From: the human T2T-CHM13v2.0 reference genome, Homo sapiens
DNA length: 64,000 nt
Reading direction: 5' to 3' (one strand)
Assembly: GCF_009914755.1 (NCBI RefSeq)
Contig: NC_060942.1
Part shown: positions 45,855 to 62,194 of the stretch, piece after piece
Layout of the letters: each line of letters opens with the position of its first letter
How positions within the stretch are numbered: position 1 is the first letter of the stretch
Translations under genes and position numbers: made by a program
Notes under the pieces: model-generated
What the model was told of the DNA's origin: nothing
Seen by the model: the letters and a program-made list of their open reading frames with translations, nothing else
Databases searched by the model: none

Positions 45855-46560
45855 TCCTTTTGGCTTTTCCAGAATGTTGTATTGTTGGAATCATATAGTA
45901 TGTAGCCTTTTCAGACTTCTTTCACTTAGTAAAATGCATTTAAGGTGGCTCCATGTCTTTTCATGGTGTGATAGTTCATTTCTTTTCATCATCAAATAGT
46001 AGTTTGTTTATTCATTCACCTGTTGGACATCTTGGTTGCCTCCAAGTTTTGGCAATCGTGAGTAAAGCTGCTGTGAGCATTCGTGTGCAGGTTTTTGTGT
46101 GGATGTAAGTTCTCAACTCATTTGGGTAAATACCAAGGAGTGTGATTGCTGGATCATGTGGTAAGAGTATATTTAGCTTTGCAGGAAACTACCAAATTGT
46201 CTTTTAAAGCAGCTGTAACATTTTGCATTCCCACCAGCAATGAATGAGAGTTCCTGTTCCTCCACATCCTCACCAGCATTTGGTGGTGTTGGTGTTTTCA
46301 GTCTTAGCCACCTTGCCTGTGACCGTTCGGTCCCAGCACCATCTTTTGAAAAGACTATCCTTTCTCCACTGACTTGTGTTTCCTCCTTTGTCAAAGATCA
46401 GTTGACTGTATTTCTGTGAGTCTATTTCTGGGCTGTCTCTTCCATTGATCTGCATGTCTGTTGTTGCACCAGATCACTGTAGCTTTATGTTATAGTGAGT
46501 CTTGAAATCATGTAGTGTCAGTCCTCTGACTTCATTCTTCTTCAATATTGTGTTGGCTGT
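45855..46560 (-). mobile_element. Old L1 fragments
   Basis: GGACATCTTGGTTGC.TCCAAGTTTTGGCAAT...; ORF 46270-46455 YSQLIFDKG...QWRKDSLF.RWCW. Confidence 0.8.
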
Positions 46561-48290
46561 TGACTTTCCCTTTAGCACATTCCTTTTCTGACTAAATTAG
46601 CCAGAGTTGGCCTCTGTTAAGAATTTAATAGGCCTTGGTGAACAATAATTCACCATTTCCACTTTATCTTCTTCCTCTTTTAGGATTCTTAGGAACCTAG
46701 ATTTCTTGGATTCTCTATTGTCATTTCTGATTTAAACAGCAAATGCCACTGCTTATTAATAACCATTTGTGCAAATCTCTGTGCTGTGAACACTGATGAA
46801 TATAAGTAAATCGAAGTGGACCGCAGAATTCAGTGAGCAGGAGAAGCTGTCTCTGAGCTCCCAGGCCTCTGCCCCTCTCTGGGGCACCTCCTCGCGCCCT
46901 GGGGTTTCTTCTCCATGTTTATCCTGGGATCTTCTGATCCACTGTGCCAGTGGGCACTTCCTTCCTGGACGGTGGGTCCTTCTTTCCCTTTCTGTCTCTG
47001 GGGTAGGCTTTCAGCATGGAGCTGCTGTTGCTCTGTTAATACCCTCCCATGCCTGAATCAACCATGTCCTAATAGAATTACGTAACCATGAGTCAAAGCA
47101 TGAGATTCACCATCAAAAACAGACAGGTAGTGTTAAGTTCCACAACAAAATCACACTGCCTTCATTGTTTGTTTTAAAATAATCAAAATGAATCCTAGCC
47201 AAAACCCCAGTGTTTAAGACATAAAATCAAGCCTGTGCTGGTTGGACAGAATGGGACAGGTTGTAGGGAAAAGTAGTCTTTTTTTTTTTTCTTAAGGTTA
47301 GAAAACATTTGAGATCAGCCAGCAAAGCTTTCTTTAGTGACACCAGGAACCAGGCTGCTTGGGGTCCTCAGTAGCAGCCTCTGTGTGCGTCCTCCACACC
47401 CCCAGCCCTAGTCCGCGCTGGGTGCCCCTCCCTCCTTGCTGTTCAGTGTGGGCCCTTCCCTGCTTACACCCTGTGCCCTCTGCTCTCACTGGGTCCCCAC
47501 TACCACACTGCCCAGCCCTGCAAGGCCCTTCCCTAGGCTCAGCAGCTTCCCTGCGCACCCTCTCTGCCAGCTTCTCTGCTGCTCTCCATCTGGGCGGAGC
47601 CGCAGGGTGTCAGGCATCCCAAGCCTGGGAGTCCCCACACTTTCCCACCTGCCTTGTGGGGTAGCAGCCCCAGACCCTGTCCCTGGGCCGTCTTTTTATT
47701 TCTTTATCTACCAGCTACCTTTTCAAATAAATGTGAGCCCTGGAGTTTGAGACCAACCTGGGCAAGAGACCCCTCTCTACAAAAAATAAAAAATTACCTG
47801 GGCATGGTGGTGCCCACCTGTGGTCCTAGCTGTTCCAGTAACGGATGGGCTGCAGCTTCTGCTCCCCTCATCTTCTGCCTAAACCGGGACCCCAAACGGA
47901 AATGATAAGCCTGAAACTCAAAGGCAGAATGTCGGATGTGGAGGCATTTATTGAGCCAATTGTATAAGGATATTGTACATCTCTTGTTTTAATCCAGACC
48001 CTTTTCCATTGTAAATGGTAGAATTCTAACTCAAACAAGTGTAAGGTAGAGAGGAGGAGTTTTTTTGACTCAGGTAATCAGGGTTTTAAAGGCAAAAAGT
48101 GGGGAAAGAGAGTAGTCTGATACAAAATTATTTGTCAGGAATTTTCATTCGTTTACAGAAGTAACATTGATTAGTAACTGGCTATACATTTTAACCTATG
48201 GAGTGTGGGCTATGGTGTCCAGTGTGGCATTGTTAAGTTAATTTATAGCTATTTGTGGCAACAGAAGGCAGTTTTAAGAGATGAATACAG

Positions 48291-48565
48291 GCTGGCATGA
48301 TGGCTCGTGCCTATAACCCCAACAATCTGGGATGCTGAGGCAGGAAGATCACTTGAGGCCAGGAGTTCGAGACCAGCCTGGGCAACATAGGCAGAGTTTG
48401 TCTCTATAAAAAATCAAAAAATTAGCTGGGTGTGGTGATCTGTGCCTGTGGTCCCAGCTACTCAGGAGGATCCCTTGAGCCCAGGAGATTGAGGCCACAG
48501 TGCGCTGTGATCACACCACTCCACTCCAGCCTGGGTAACAGAGTAAGACCCTATGTCTTTAATTA
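48291..48565 (+). mobile_element. AluJ (within an LTR-like remnant ~48100-48720)
   Basis: GGCTGGCATGATGGCTC...GGAGGATCCCTTGAGCCCAGGAG. Confidence 0.8.
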
Positions 48566-50263
48566 ACAACAGCAACAAAAGATGAATACATAGCTCAAAA
48601 TGGTAGTGCAAGCAGGGGGTGGGGTGGGGGGAGTAAGGCATGATTGTTGTCTCATTTTAATGTCTCTCTGAGCCTGATGATTTAAAAGGACTCACATTCT
48701 TCAGGCAAAAGTTATTTACTTTTGGAAGTCCACCTGCTCTCACAGCCAGTGTCATGTAAGCTCTCTCCCCTGTCTTGATTCTGCCCTCTTCTGGCTGCAT
48801 TTTTACACTTGCTTCCAGGAGCTCCACCTTCATCAAGTCTCAGCAGCACAGTGGAGAGAGGCTCTGGGGGCTCATTGCAATTCTGAGTTGGACAACTCAG
48901 GCGGGAGCTTAGAATTGTTTCTAACAGGTGTTTGTTCTTGTCCCAAACCTCAAAGTTTCTTTTTAAGATAAATCTGCTTAATAGTTTCTACAATTATTTC
49001 TGAACTTCATTTCACCCTCAGTCTTTGCACAGACATTGATTCCTTCACATTGTTCTTTTATTTTCTTACAGTGATGATACAGACAGAAATACAGATATTT
49101 GCTACATCTCTGTAAGAAAATGTAATATTCCTGGATTCCTGTCTTAGACGATGAGTTTTATATTGTGTAATACAAATCAATATTGCAAGCAAAAGACATT
49201 TATACATTTTGAAAACAAATTGTTTCCTTGGGAGCCTGCTGATGAAAGGCTGACTCCTCTTGGGAGAAATCACTCAAAGCTCTGAGAGTTTAAACACACT
49301 GGGATGGGATGGACGAGTTAGTACTGGTTAGTAGATAAAGTCTCCAAGAAACATCAGAGCCATTTGGGTGGGGAAGGGATCTCCAGCATCATATTTTTGA
49401 TTTGCTCTTTGGTGTTTTTATTGATGATTTGGTATTTGGCCGCAAACGAGATAGTTAACCCAGATTTCTAAAATCCTGGAACTGAACATTTAGAATATGA
49501 AGACTGTGAGATCATAGGTTCATAGATGTGTTGGGTACAACATCTTCCATCAAAGAGAAAGGGGACATTTTTTTCCTGAGCGGTTAGAAGGAAAACATGC
49601 TTCCTGCCTATGGAGCAGTGGTCTTAGCGCTCCTCTTGCCCCACCTGTGTGGGTTTTCACTCTTTTGCCCACTCTGCCTTCCCTAAGCACAGTGAACCAG
49701 CTGGAGGATGCTCTCTGCTCACCAATTCCAGAGCTTCCCCGGCTTCCTCTGCCCTTGGAATCCCTCTCCCACACTCCTAAGTAGCCAGATCCTCTCCAGA
49801 TTTAACGGTCGATTACAAGTGTTACCTCCTCTTTGAAACATTTTCTGACCCTCTGTGTTGGAAGTGCTCTTCCTTAAGTTTCCACTCGTTTTATTATGTA
49901 CTTCCTTCATAATACTCATTACCTTTTATTGTAGATATTTGTAAGTTTCACTTAAATGCATTAGCAGATTATATATTCTGTGCGAGCCATATCCATTCTG
50001 ATTCATTTCTGTATCCTCCACACCACCCAGCAGAATCTGGCATAAAATGCTGTAAACAGGAAAACCAAACCTTGTAAAATATTTTATTAATAAAGAGGTT
50101 TATTCTGAGCCAATGTGGCTGCTCGCGGCTGGCAGAAAACACAAACCCAGGAAGCCTTGATTAAGTCGCCCCGAGGCAGTTGGGTTACAGCTTGATTTTA
50201 CACATTAGGGAGACTGGAGTTGCAGGTAAAATCATAAAGCAACACATGGAAATTCTACATTAA

Positions 50264-51145
<882 letters not shown>

Positions 51146-51422
51146 TCAGTACAAAGGATGCTTAAGTTAAGGGGGTCGGCTATCTGTCATGTGATACTAT
51201 ACCAGAGTCAAATTGGAAAGTAAGCCATGTCATATCGAGTTAATTAAAAACAAACAAACAAAAACCTTTAGCAAGCTTTCATAGTTTGCAGCATGTGACT
51301 TAACCCTTGCCTAGCATGGCCTTGGGTCCTGTTTATAATCTGGTGTCTTATTGCCACACAGAATCTATTGCATTAGACTGATGATCTCTGTTTTAATGTT
51401 AATTCCAGTCATTTGTGCCTAA

Positions 51423-51792
<370 letters not shown>

Positions 51793-51994
51793 GGGAATTC
51801 AGTTTTTAAGGTTTTTCTGAGGTTACCCTTGGCCAAGAAGCTTCATTCAGTCAGTGGGGGGCCTTAGGATTTTATTTTTAGTTTACGATAGGTCGAATAT
51901 AGTCCTTGACAAAACAGAAGAAAGAACGTAGAAATCCCACTGCGCAATTGAATTCCAATCCAGAAAGATTGCCATTTGTTTTTTTATTTCCCCT

Positions 51995-52870
51995 AGTGCA
52001 GAAATAACTCACATATCATGAATTCACACCTCTTAAAATTGTACAATTCAGTGTGTTTAGCATATTCACAAGGCCGTGGAACCATCACCACCGTCCTTGG
52101 GAGCCCACTGCTGAAGGACTGGAATATCTAATTCCCGAATGTTTTCATCATTCTGCAAAGAAGCCCTGGACCCACTAGCAGTCACTCCCCGTTTCCCCTC
52201 CTGCTCTTCCTCCCAACAACCATTAGTCTATTTTCTCTCTTTGCAGATTTGCCTATTCTGGACATTTGACATAAATAATCTTATAATATGTGGTCTTTTG
52301 TGACTAGCTTCTTTTTCTTAGCATAATGTTTTTATCTATGTGTAACATACATCTCTACTTCATTCCTTTTTGTGGTTGAACAATATTCCATCATATAGGT
52401 ATACCATATTTTGTCTATTTATCATTGGTGGACATTTGCGTGTTTCTGCTTCTGTGCTTTCATGAATAATGCTGCTATGGACATTTGTGTACAGGTTTTT
52501 GTCTAAATATATGCTTATTTCTCTTGGGTATTACCAAGAATTGGAATTGCTGGGTCATGTGGTAACTGTATGTTCAACTTTTTAAGAAAAACGTAAACAG
52601 TTTTCCAATGTGGCTGCATCATTTTACTTTCCCACCAGCAGTGTATGAAGGGTTCTAATTTTTCCACATCTCACCGACACTCGTTACTGTCTTTTTTATT
52701 GTAGCCATCCTAGTGGATGTGAGATGTTATTCACTGTGCTTTTGATTTGCAGTTCCTTAATTAATAATGTTGAGTATCATTTCTTATGCAAATTGGTTAT
52801 TTGTATATCTTCTTTAGAGAAATGTCTGTTCAAATCCTTTGTTCCTATTTTAATTGGGTTATTTGTCATT
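51995..52870 (-). mobile_element. L1MB-like 3' end
   Basis: TGTACAATTCAGTG..TTTAGCATATTCACAAG...TTGCCTATTCTGGACATT...CTTTAGAGAAATGTCTGTTCAAATCCTTTG. Confidence 0.8.
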
Positions 52871-53874
52871 TTTTCTCATTTGTTCTCAAGCACACGTAAC
52901 TCTACATTTAGTCTGTCCTCACCCATGGGTATCTGTTCAAAAAGGAATAGTGTCAAGTTTTGCCCCGATTTTATCATTTCAATTGTGTTGTATGTTAGCA
53001 ATATTCAGTGCTAACAAGTTTTAACTACATGGTTCTAAATATGGATCTTCCCAACATTTACAAATGGAGGAGGGATAGACGGAGTGTTCAAAAGAAAATG
53101 TTAATATGCTTTGAAACATTGTTTTGTCAATGTAAATGTTAAATCAGCAGAACCCAGTAACTGATGAGAAGCACAGTAAGTTAGCTACAGCAATCACATA
53201 AGCAGAAGCACAGGGAAATTCACGAAGAGGGAAACAGCAAAAATAGAAAGGCGGGAACACAGGAGTGGGTATAGGGATGCCTACAGTTATGTATTCATGA
53301 AATAAGAGCTTTCTGGGCAGTGATTAACTGATTTGTCAGAAATTGCAGACAGCAAGGAAAGAAGAAATAAAACTTGCTTGGAAGGAAGTAGTGTTGTCTG
53401 GTCCGCTGTGGACACCTGGACATGTGAAGAGAAGACTCTGATCTGTGCTCAGAGTCGGGTTGTTTCTCGAACGGCCGCCTGGTGGCGCTGTGGCACAGGG
53501 GCGCTGGCGAGGGAAAGGCTCCTGCAATGCACCAAGCTGCGCCCGGGCGCGGGGAGCCGTCGACTGGGGACTTGGAGGTGTGGGCCTCTCGTGCTGTGTC
53601 TGAGGGACAGCTGTCATGTGTGAAGCTCCTGCTATATAAAAGGGTGAGCTGTTTCCCTCTGCTCACCCTTTAAACTGCTCTGCCTGCTGAATGCTGTACC
53701 CAGGTGGCGGAGAGCAGAAGCGAAACTGGGGAGTGAGGCCAGTGAGGCTGGGGGGCTTGCTGGACACAGCCAGTTCTCCAGAGCTGGAGCTAAACGGCAG
53801 CAAGGTCCCAGCCTCTCACTGGTGTGTTCTCATTTTCATCTTTTGGAGATGTTTTTTCTGTCTTAAAAAACATT

Positions 53875-54236
53875 CCAAGTCCATCAACGGATGACTGGAT
53901 AAAGCAAATGTGGTACTTATACACTATGGAATACTATTCAGCTGTAAAAAGAGTAAAATCATGTCTTCTTGAGGGTAATTCTCTAAGTGAAATAACTCAG
54001 AAATAGAAGTCAAATGCCACATGTTCTCATAAGTGAGAGTGAAACAATGTGTGCACGCGGACACAGGAGTGGAAGAACAGACATTAGAGAGGCAGGATGT
54101 GAGGGAGGGAGGGACGATTACTTACTGGGTACAGTGTACGCTCTTCAAGTGATGCCTACACTATGCTCTATAGCCATGCAACAAAACTGCACTTGTATCC
54201 CCTATGTCTATCACTGAAAAAAAAAAAAAAAAAAAG
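53875..54236 (+). mobile_element. L1 3' end with poly-A
   Basis: CCATCAACGGATGACTGGATAAAG.AAATGTGGTAC.TATACAC.ATGGAATACTATTCAGC...AAAACTGCACTTGTA.CCC. Confidence 0.82.
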
Positions 54237-54474
54237 TCCAAGCCCAGAACTTGTGTGTGCGTGTCATTCTGCACATTCCTGGACAGGTCCTGTGTCCGTT
54301 CTGTAGAACTGCGCCATCATTTCTCTCCTGGAGGAGGCCCCCAGCCTCACCAGAAGGGATGAAGATGTGGGGTGGCCTCATCCTTTTTGAAACAGCTCTT
54401 AGTTCAGATGAAACCATCTTTCCAGAGGCTCGGTGGTTTCTCGATGGAACTGGGGGTTAGGGAAGAGCAATAAG

Positions 54475-54783
54475 CTTTTCTTTTTCTTTTTCTTTTTTTT
54501 TTTTTTTTGAGACAGCCTCGCTCTGTCACCAGACTGGAGTGCAGTGGCGCGATCTCAGCTCACTGCAACCTCCGCCTCCCAGTTCAAGCGATTCTCCTGC
54601 CTCAGCCTCCTGAGTAGCCAGGACTACAGGCGTGCACCACCACGCCCAGCTAATTTTTGTATTTTTAGTAGAGACGGGGTTTCATCATGTTGGCCAGGAT
54701 GGTTTCGATCCCTTGACCTCGTGATCCACCCGCCTTGGCCTTCCAGAGTTCTGGGATTACAGGCGTGACCCACCGCGCCGGGT
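54475..54783 (-). mobile_element. AluSc-like, antisense
   Basis: TTGGCCAGGATGGT.TCGATC.CTTGACCTCGTGATCC. Confidence 0.9.
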
Positions 54784-55379
54784 GTAGATTTTCTTTACAG
54801 GACAGGATCAAATCACATAGAATGGATTCAGTGGAGGCAATCATGTCTGGGCTCTGAGGGCTGGAGCATGGCTGTGTGGCTTAAATGATATGTCCTTGGA
54901 GAGCAGCAATTTCTGAGAGATTAGCAATAGCTTGCATTCTAGATAGCATGGGAGTTTCATAGGCTCGCCTAGGACTCTAAAGATCTCATGGCATCGTTCA
55001 ACAGGTGAGGTTTTAGGTTGCAAAGGGAATACTACCAGATCCTAAGCAGGACCACTGCTGGGGTCATTCTGTAGTTCACTCAGTAAGCATCAATGATCTG
55101 ATGAGCATGTAGGAAATAGCCTTTGGGGGGATTTATTCTACTGGAGAAACTTGGCATTCTCAGAGAACCACAGCAACCAGGCAGGAAGCTAAAGGGCAAA
55201 TGGCATTTAGACCAGCGTCCCCTATCTGATGCAGGAGTGCTTGAACCAAGTATAGAACCGGTTTGATGGACTTGCAGAGAAGTGGGAAGAGAGCATCCTA
55301 GATAAAGAGAAAGGCTGGACTCAGGTGGGCACAGGGAAAACGCCAGGCCGACGTGAGGATTGGTGGGCATTTGATAAGG

Positions 55380-55725
<346 letters not shown>

Positions 55726-55814
55726 TGAGTTGAGCTCAATGAAGAGAGTGATGATAAGGAATGGATCATTTAAATAAGAGTAGCTCACTGGTCTCTTTAA
55801 TTAAAAAGAATGTG

Positions 55815-56191
<377 letters not shown>

Positions 56192-56458
56192 TCACAGTAA
56201 AAAGTTCAGAGAATGGAAAAGGACAGAGAGCAACACTGGAAACCTCCCTTCCTGGGTCCCAATTGTTTATCGGATGCCTTCGAGCCCTCCCCCTGTTCAT
56301 ATACAAGAATCTATTAACATAGTGATTTGATATGCAGAGTTTACTACTCTCTGTCTTGTCCCGCAACTTACTCTGGGACTTAACATGCCAGTACATCTCC
56401 AAATCTAGTCTATTTTCTTCCCACAGAGGGAGAGACTTCTTTTATTAAAGATACTTCT

Positions 56459-56740
56459 GGCTGGGCATGGTGGTTCACATGTAATTCCAACACTTCGAGA
56501 GGCTGAGGCGGGAAGATTGCTTGAGGCCAGGAGTTCCAGACCAGCCTGAGCAACATAGTGAGACTTCGTGTCTACAAAAAATTTAAAAATTAGCCATGCA
56601 TGGTGGCACACACCTATAGTCTTAGCTACTCAGGAGGCCAAGGCGGGAGGATCACTTGAACCCACGTGTTAGAGGCTGCAATAAGCTATGATCACACCAC
56701 TGCGTTCCAGCCTGGGCAACAGAGCAAGACCCTATCTCTA
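56459..56740 (+). mobile_element. AluJ
   Basis: GGCTGGGCATGGTGG..CTTGAGGCCAGGAGTT...GCAAGACCCTATCTCT. Confidence 0.88.
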
Positions 56741-58855
56741 TTATTTTTTAAAGATACTTCTTTGTGGTTTTATTTTTTTGTATGTAGAAGTATTAGTTTT
56801 ATTTTAAATAAGATTTAAAGTATCACATACCTTTAAACTGCATTTGTACAGCAGTTGTTCTGAAAGATTTGTACTTGACTTCTGCAACCCCTGTTTGCAG
56901 AAGGTGCTTGGTGTGTCTGAGAGATTGAGCCTTGCTGTTTAGAAGCTGCTGGTGGTGATGATAACCTCCTCTAGCTCATGAAGAACAACCTTCACAATCA
57001 TTTTCCCATGTCAACTGCAGGGTGTAAATTCCCCAGTTGTGTTAGAAGAGAAACAGGACAGCTAAATGCTGTGTGATCCTGGGCCAGCCCCTGGAAGAAG
57101 GATGGGGAGATTGCTACAAAGGACACTTGGTTCTGTTAGCAGACTTTGTATATGGATGGTTGATTAGTCAGTAGGACTGTAGCAACATTTGTAGTTATGT
57201 AAGAGAATCTCAGCCTTAGGAAATACCTATGGACAAGGGCATACTGGTTCCAGCTTACTTTCAAATGGTTCAGGGGAAAAAAATGTGTAAATACGAATAT
57301 GAAAACATACAGATAGGGAAAGTATATGATAAAGCAAATGTAGCAAAATGCTAACAATTGAAGTAACTGGGTGAAGAGCATGTGGAACATTTTTATACTA
57401 TTCTTTCTGTGAGCTTGGAATTATTTCAATTTTTTTAAATTTTGTGGATGCATAGTTGGTGTATCTATTTATGGGTTGCATGAGATATTTTGATACAAGC
57501 ATCCAATGTGTAACAATCACATGCGGGTAAGTGGAGTATTTCAAACTTTAAAAAATACATTTTGTTAAATATTCATCTGAGGACTACTATATATACAATG
57601 AGCTTACTGTGCATGTTTTAATCATCTTTGTAGAAGAGAAAATAGCTTGCTTCATTACAATAATGCCTACCAATGCTTTAAATTGTGTATATTGTTTTCT
57701 AGTCAAATTCTAAGAATCCTAAGGCATTTTCTCATCTCCCTCTCCCTGACCTTCAAGTCTGATCAGCCCCCAAGGTCTTCCAAGTCTCTCTGAATGTTTC
57801 TCTCTTCCACTCTTCTGAATGTCTGTTGCACTCACCTCCCTGGCTGCACCTCGGGGTCTCTGCAGTGGGTTTCACTGCCCTCCTGCCCACTCTCCCCATC
57901 TCTCCAGTCCACTGGTTCACCTTCCTTCTGAAAGCACAGCCCTTGTCAGATCAAAGCTGCCCAGACCTGCCAGTGTGCCAGGGCCACCCCACATAGCAGT
58001 GCAGGTTTCCATCCGCACAGGGTCATCTGACCAGAGTAGCCATGGGGACTGAAATCCGGATGCCTCTGCTCTCCAAGCCCTGTGCTGGGCACAGGGACAT
58101 ATCAGCCCAGAGGAAGGGAACCATTTGGGTGAGAAATCTGGCAGAAAACAAACAATCCCCTCAAAACAGGTTACTGAAGAGAGCTTGATGACAGCATTCA
58201 GCCTGACATGGGGGAACGGGGGAAGGACCCTGACCTCCTCCCCTCACCCTGCCATTCCCCCTGCACCCACAGGAGCTGGGCCAGGGAACCCAGTGGAGGC
58301 TGTCTGCAGAGCCAGCCCCCTGGGCCGGAGAGGGTGGGTCTGCAGGCCGGCAGAACCCCCAGCGTCCAGGCTCTGCTTCACAGAAGGCAGTGACTTGGGG
58401 CTGACAGACCTGCTGGTAGCTCATCACTCAGCAGATGAAGGGCTGACTTGCATTTCCTCTTTTAATATCAAAGCCTCCCACAGACCCTGCTTCCAGGCTT
58501 TCTCTCTTCTAGCTCCTCTGGCTGCCGGGCTCCCAACATGAGCTTAGCCTGCACCACCCACCCCAAAAGTCCCACTGTTCCAAGCAGGCCCCAAAGGCCT
58601 CCTCCAGCGTTTAGGCTCCTGCCCAAGCACAGCCTGGGCCACTGGACCCCTGGCCCTTGGCTTCTGTGTCTTAACTTCTTGTAGCATGCATTGGCCAGGC
58701 CAGGTCTGCTGTGGGCAGCAATGTCTCTGGCTGGGACACCAAGCTCCCTGAGGGGAGGGCTGTCATCTAGGATGGCCTGACCTCTGTGAGCAGAGCCCAG
58801 CATGGCACCTTCATGACCAGCTCACTGCCGAGGCAGACATGCCCCAGCTTCCCCT

Positions 58856-59105
<250 letters not shown>

Positions 59106-59509
59106 TGAAGCAGTTATTCCCCAGGGTAAAGGAGGAGGCACTCCTTCCAGGCAGAATTGGAAAATTGTGTAGTATGAGTCCGTGCAGAGCGGGTGAGGAT
59201 GAGGAGGATGTGCAGGTTGCCAGGCAGGACGGCAGTGACCTGGGGGACTCAATACCCACAGAACCTCAGTGCTGCGGAGGAGCCCACTGCTCTTTGCCGC
59301 CCGACGTCATAACATCTTACTGCCTTATTTCATGCGATCAGTGCATCACCGAAGTACACGAGCAGAAACACCATGATGGTGTCCGCTGCCCACTGAACGA
59401 GGGCAGGTGAGGGCCCAGAGAGTGCCCTGCGCAGCCTAGATCCCTGGGGGCACTTGGTGCTCAGATTCAGGGAAATTCTTACAGAGCAGAGCATCTGAGG
59501 CTGTTCTCA

Positions 59510-61080
59510 TTATTCAACTTTTCATTTGGAAACAATCTCAAACTTAGAAAAAAGTTGCAAGAATAAGACTTCAAAGGTTTCCTAAATGCCCCTCACCCAG
59601 GTTCGCCTCTTGTTCACATTTCCCTGTGTGCCTTCTCATTTGCATACATTCTGTAGATGTGCAGGTGGAGGTGTAGACAGGTGAATCTTTCTCCATCTTC
59701 TGAGAGCTTGCTGTGGCCATCATGGCCGTTGACTCCCAAAGGACGTCCGTGTGTGTTTCTAGGGGCAGGGTATTCCCTTAGGTGACCATGGTACGGTTCT
59801 CAAAATCACTCGATTGGATATTGAGACAATAAGTGTGTCTGACCCGTCATCATCTGCACAGCAGTTTCATCGGTCGGCCCCTCTATGTGTTCTCCAGCAT
59901 TTTCCCCTCCAGGATTGGAGGTATTGCATCGCTCCTTAGCTCTTTATGACATTGGCATTAGTGAAGAATACAGGTCCCTTTCCTTTTTTTTTTTTTAATT
60001 TTAGGTTTGCCCGATGTTTCCTCCTGACTTAAATTCAGGAAATACCTTTCTGGCTAGAGCACTGCATACACTCTGTGGTGTCCTTCCCGGGGTCTCACCT
60101 GTGGAAACCTGTGATGCCCACACCTCCCACACTGGTGGGGTCAATTGTGATGACCCAATTTGGTGTCCAGTTTCTCCACTGTGTGGTTACTTTTTTTTTT
60201 TTTTATGTTGCCACTAATAAGCACCCTATGGGGAGACACTTTAAGACCATACAGCCCTCCTGCTCCTCGTTAAAACCTCCCCCTGCGTTCAGCATCTGCT
60301 GCCAATTCCACCCGACCCATGCTTCCCCACAGTGGTCGAAAAGGATGTGTCCCCTGTCCCAGCCCTCCTTCCGCATTCACTAGCTGCCTTTGGCTAGAGT
60401 CCTCCCTTTTCTATTTATGTATTTATTTATTTATTTATTTATTTATCTGTCTGTTGTTGGCAGGGACACCTGACAGGCCTGTAATTTTCAGTGGCTTAGA
60501 ATTCGTTACAGTACTTAACTGTTTTGGTGCTCACATCATCCCACATTTGGCCAAATGAGAGCCCCTTCAATCCAGCTCTTGTGTGCTAGTGGTGTACCCC
60601 CAGCATTTTGGGGCACTTCCTTACTTTCCGACATAACAGTGTTCCAGGTTTAGCTCATAGCTACCCTGCCCTGCCCACTCCACACCCCACACCCCCAGTT
60701 AGCTATTTCTCTAAGGATGACCAAGATCTGGGTACCGTCCCTGCTCGCTGCTACTGGAGAGTCTTCACTTCTTGGCATTTCAGCAGACAGAAATAGGAAA
60801 TACATGCATGTAGATACACAGGGACAAACATACACAGGCTCACAAATACACTTGCACACACCCATTTGTGGACAGAATCATGAGTGTGTCTATGTATATT
60901 TTAAAAATCATGAGCTCATACCAATTCTTGCAATTCCAGTCCATCCCCACAGGCCTCTTGCTTCTCTTCATTCCATATGTGTGTGTTGCCTCTTCCTTTC
61001 TGAAAATCCTGGCTCTCATTCACAACATAACACATTTCTTCATTTGCTCAACCATACAATACATCTAAATTTGTTTCGGA
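59510..61080 (-). mobile_element. Old L1MC-like 3' UTR remnant
   Basis: TTTCATTTGGAAACAATCTCAAACTTAGAAAAAAGTTGCAAGAATA... and ATCCCACATTTGGCCA..GAGCCCCTTCAA. Confidence 0.55.
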
Positions 61081-62194
61081 TTCGTGTGCAATGAGGGAAT
61101 CCCTTTTGAATGTCAGTCTCAACTTACCCATAGTTTAAATTCATCAAATGTTGCTATGTGATGACAAATAAAAGCAAACCATGCAATGCAAACATAGACA
61201 AATATGAAGCTCTGTGCCCCTTCCTCTTTGTCAACAGCCCTGCAAGTTTTAGGATGAGCCACTCCAGCTTCTCTGAGAAAGGCTCATAGTTCCTACCTGG
61301 GATAAGAAAAGTTTATGTTATGTTTAATTGCATAGACAATTCGATATTCTATTACAAGGAATACTGTTGCTTTAAACTCTGTAACTAAACCAAAGTCTAA
61401 AAGAAACCAGTTGCTAAGGCAACTGGGCAAAGAGATAATTAATTCATCAGTCATTATATGCAGATTAATCTGCCTAACTGAGTGGGAAAGGAGGTAGGCT
61501 TCTTTGATTTTTCCTTTTGGAATTAGTAGAAGAGAGAAGGGTGTAGTTTTTTAAAATCTGTAAGAGGCCTCAGAGTTCATCCGGGAAAGGGTGGAGGCTT
61601 TGGAATCCAACAGAACAGACCCCTGTGAAAGCTATGGACCAAATTGTGGGCAATATGGTGCATTCTATAATCATCAAATGAGATGCTGAAAATAAAGCAC
61701 CTTTCAGTGTCTTTTAAAAATGAAGAGTGACTTACAAATATTAGCATAAATTTCTCTAAAAAAAATGAAATGATGTTTTTTATGCACTTGTAGAATTAAC
61801 CACACAAACTCCTCTGTGCTCCCGCTGTAATCGTTACAGAATTCAGAGAACTTGACTGCAGGTCCATCCCTCTCAACTAGACTATTAAATTAATGAGATC
61901 AGGGACAATGTCTTATTTATCCTTATAATGTCAAGGCATGGAAGTGTGCTAGATGTATAGTAGGTGTTCAAAGAATGCTTTATGATGAATGAATGAATGA
62001 ATGAACATGCGTTGCTTTAAAAGCACCTCAGAGCCTCCATCTGTCCCCCAGGCTCCATGTTGTCACCTGCTGGTGTAAAAGTATAATTGCAGTAAATGTG
62101 TCTAAGAACAAGGAATTGAAGTCACTCAGCTGTCATCAGGAGACTCTCTCCCACAATTGCTGTGCTGAAAATTCTACATGTGCATTTTGTTCTT

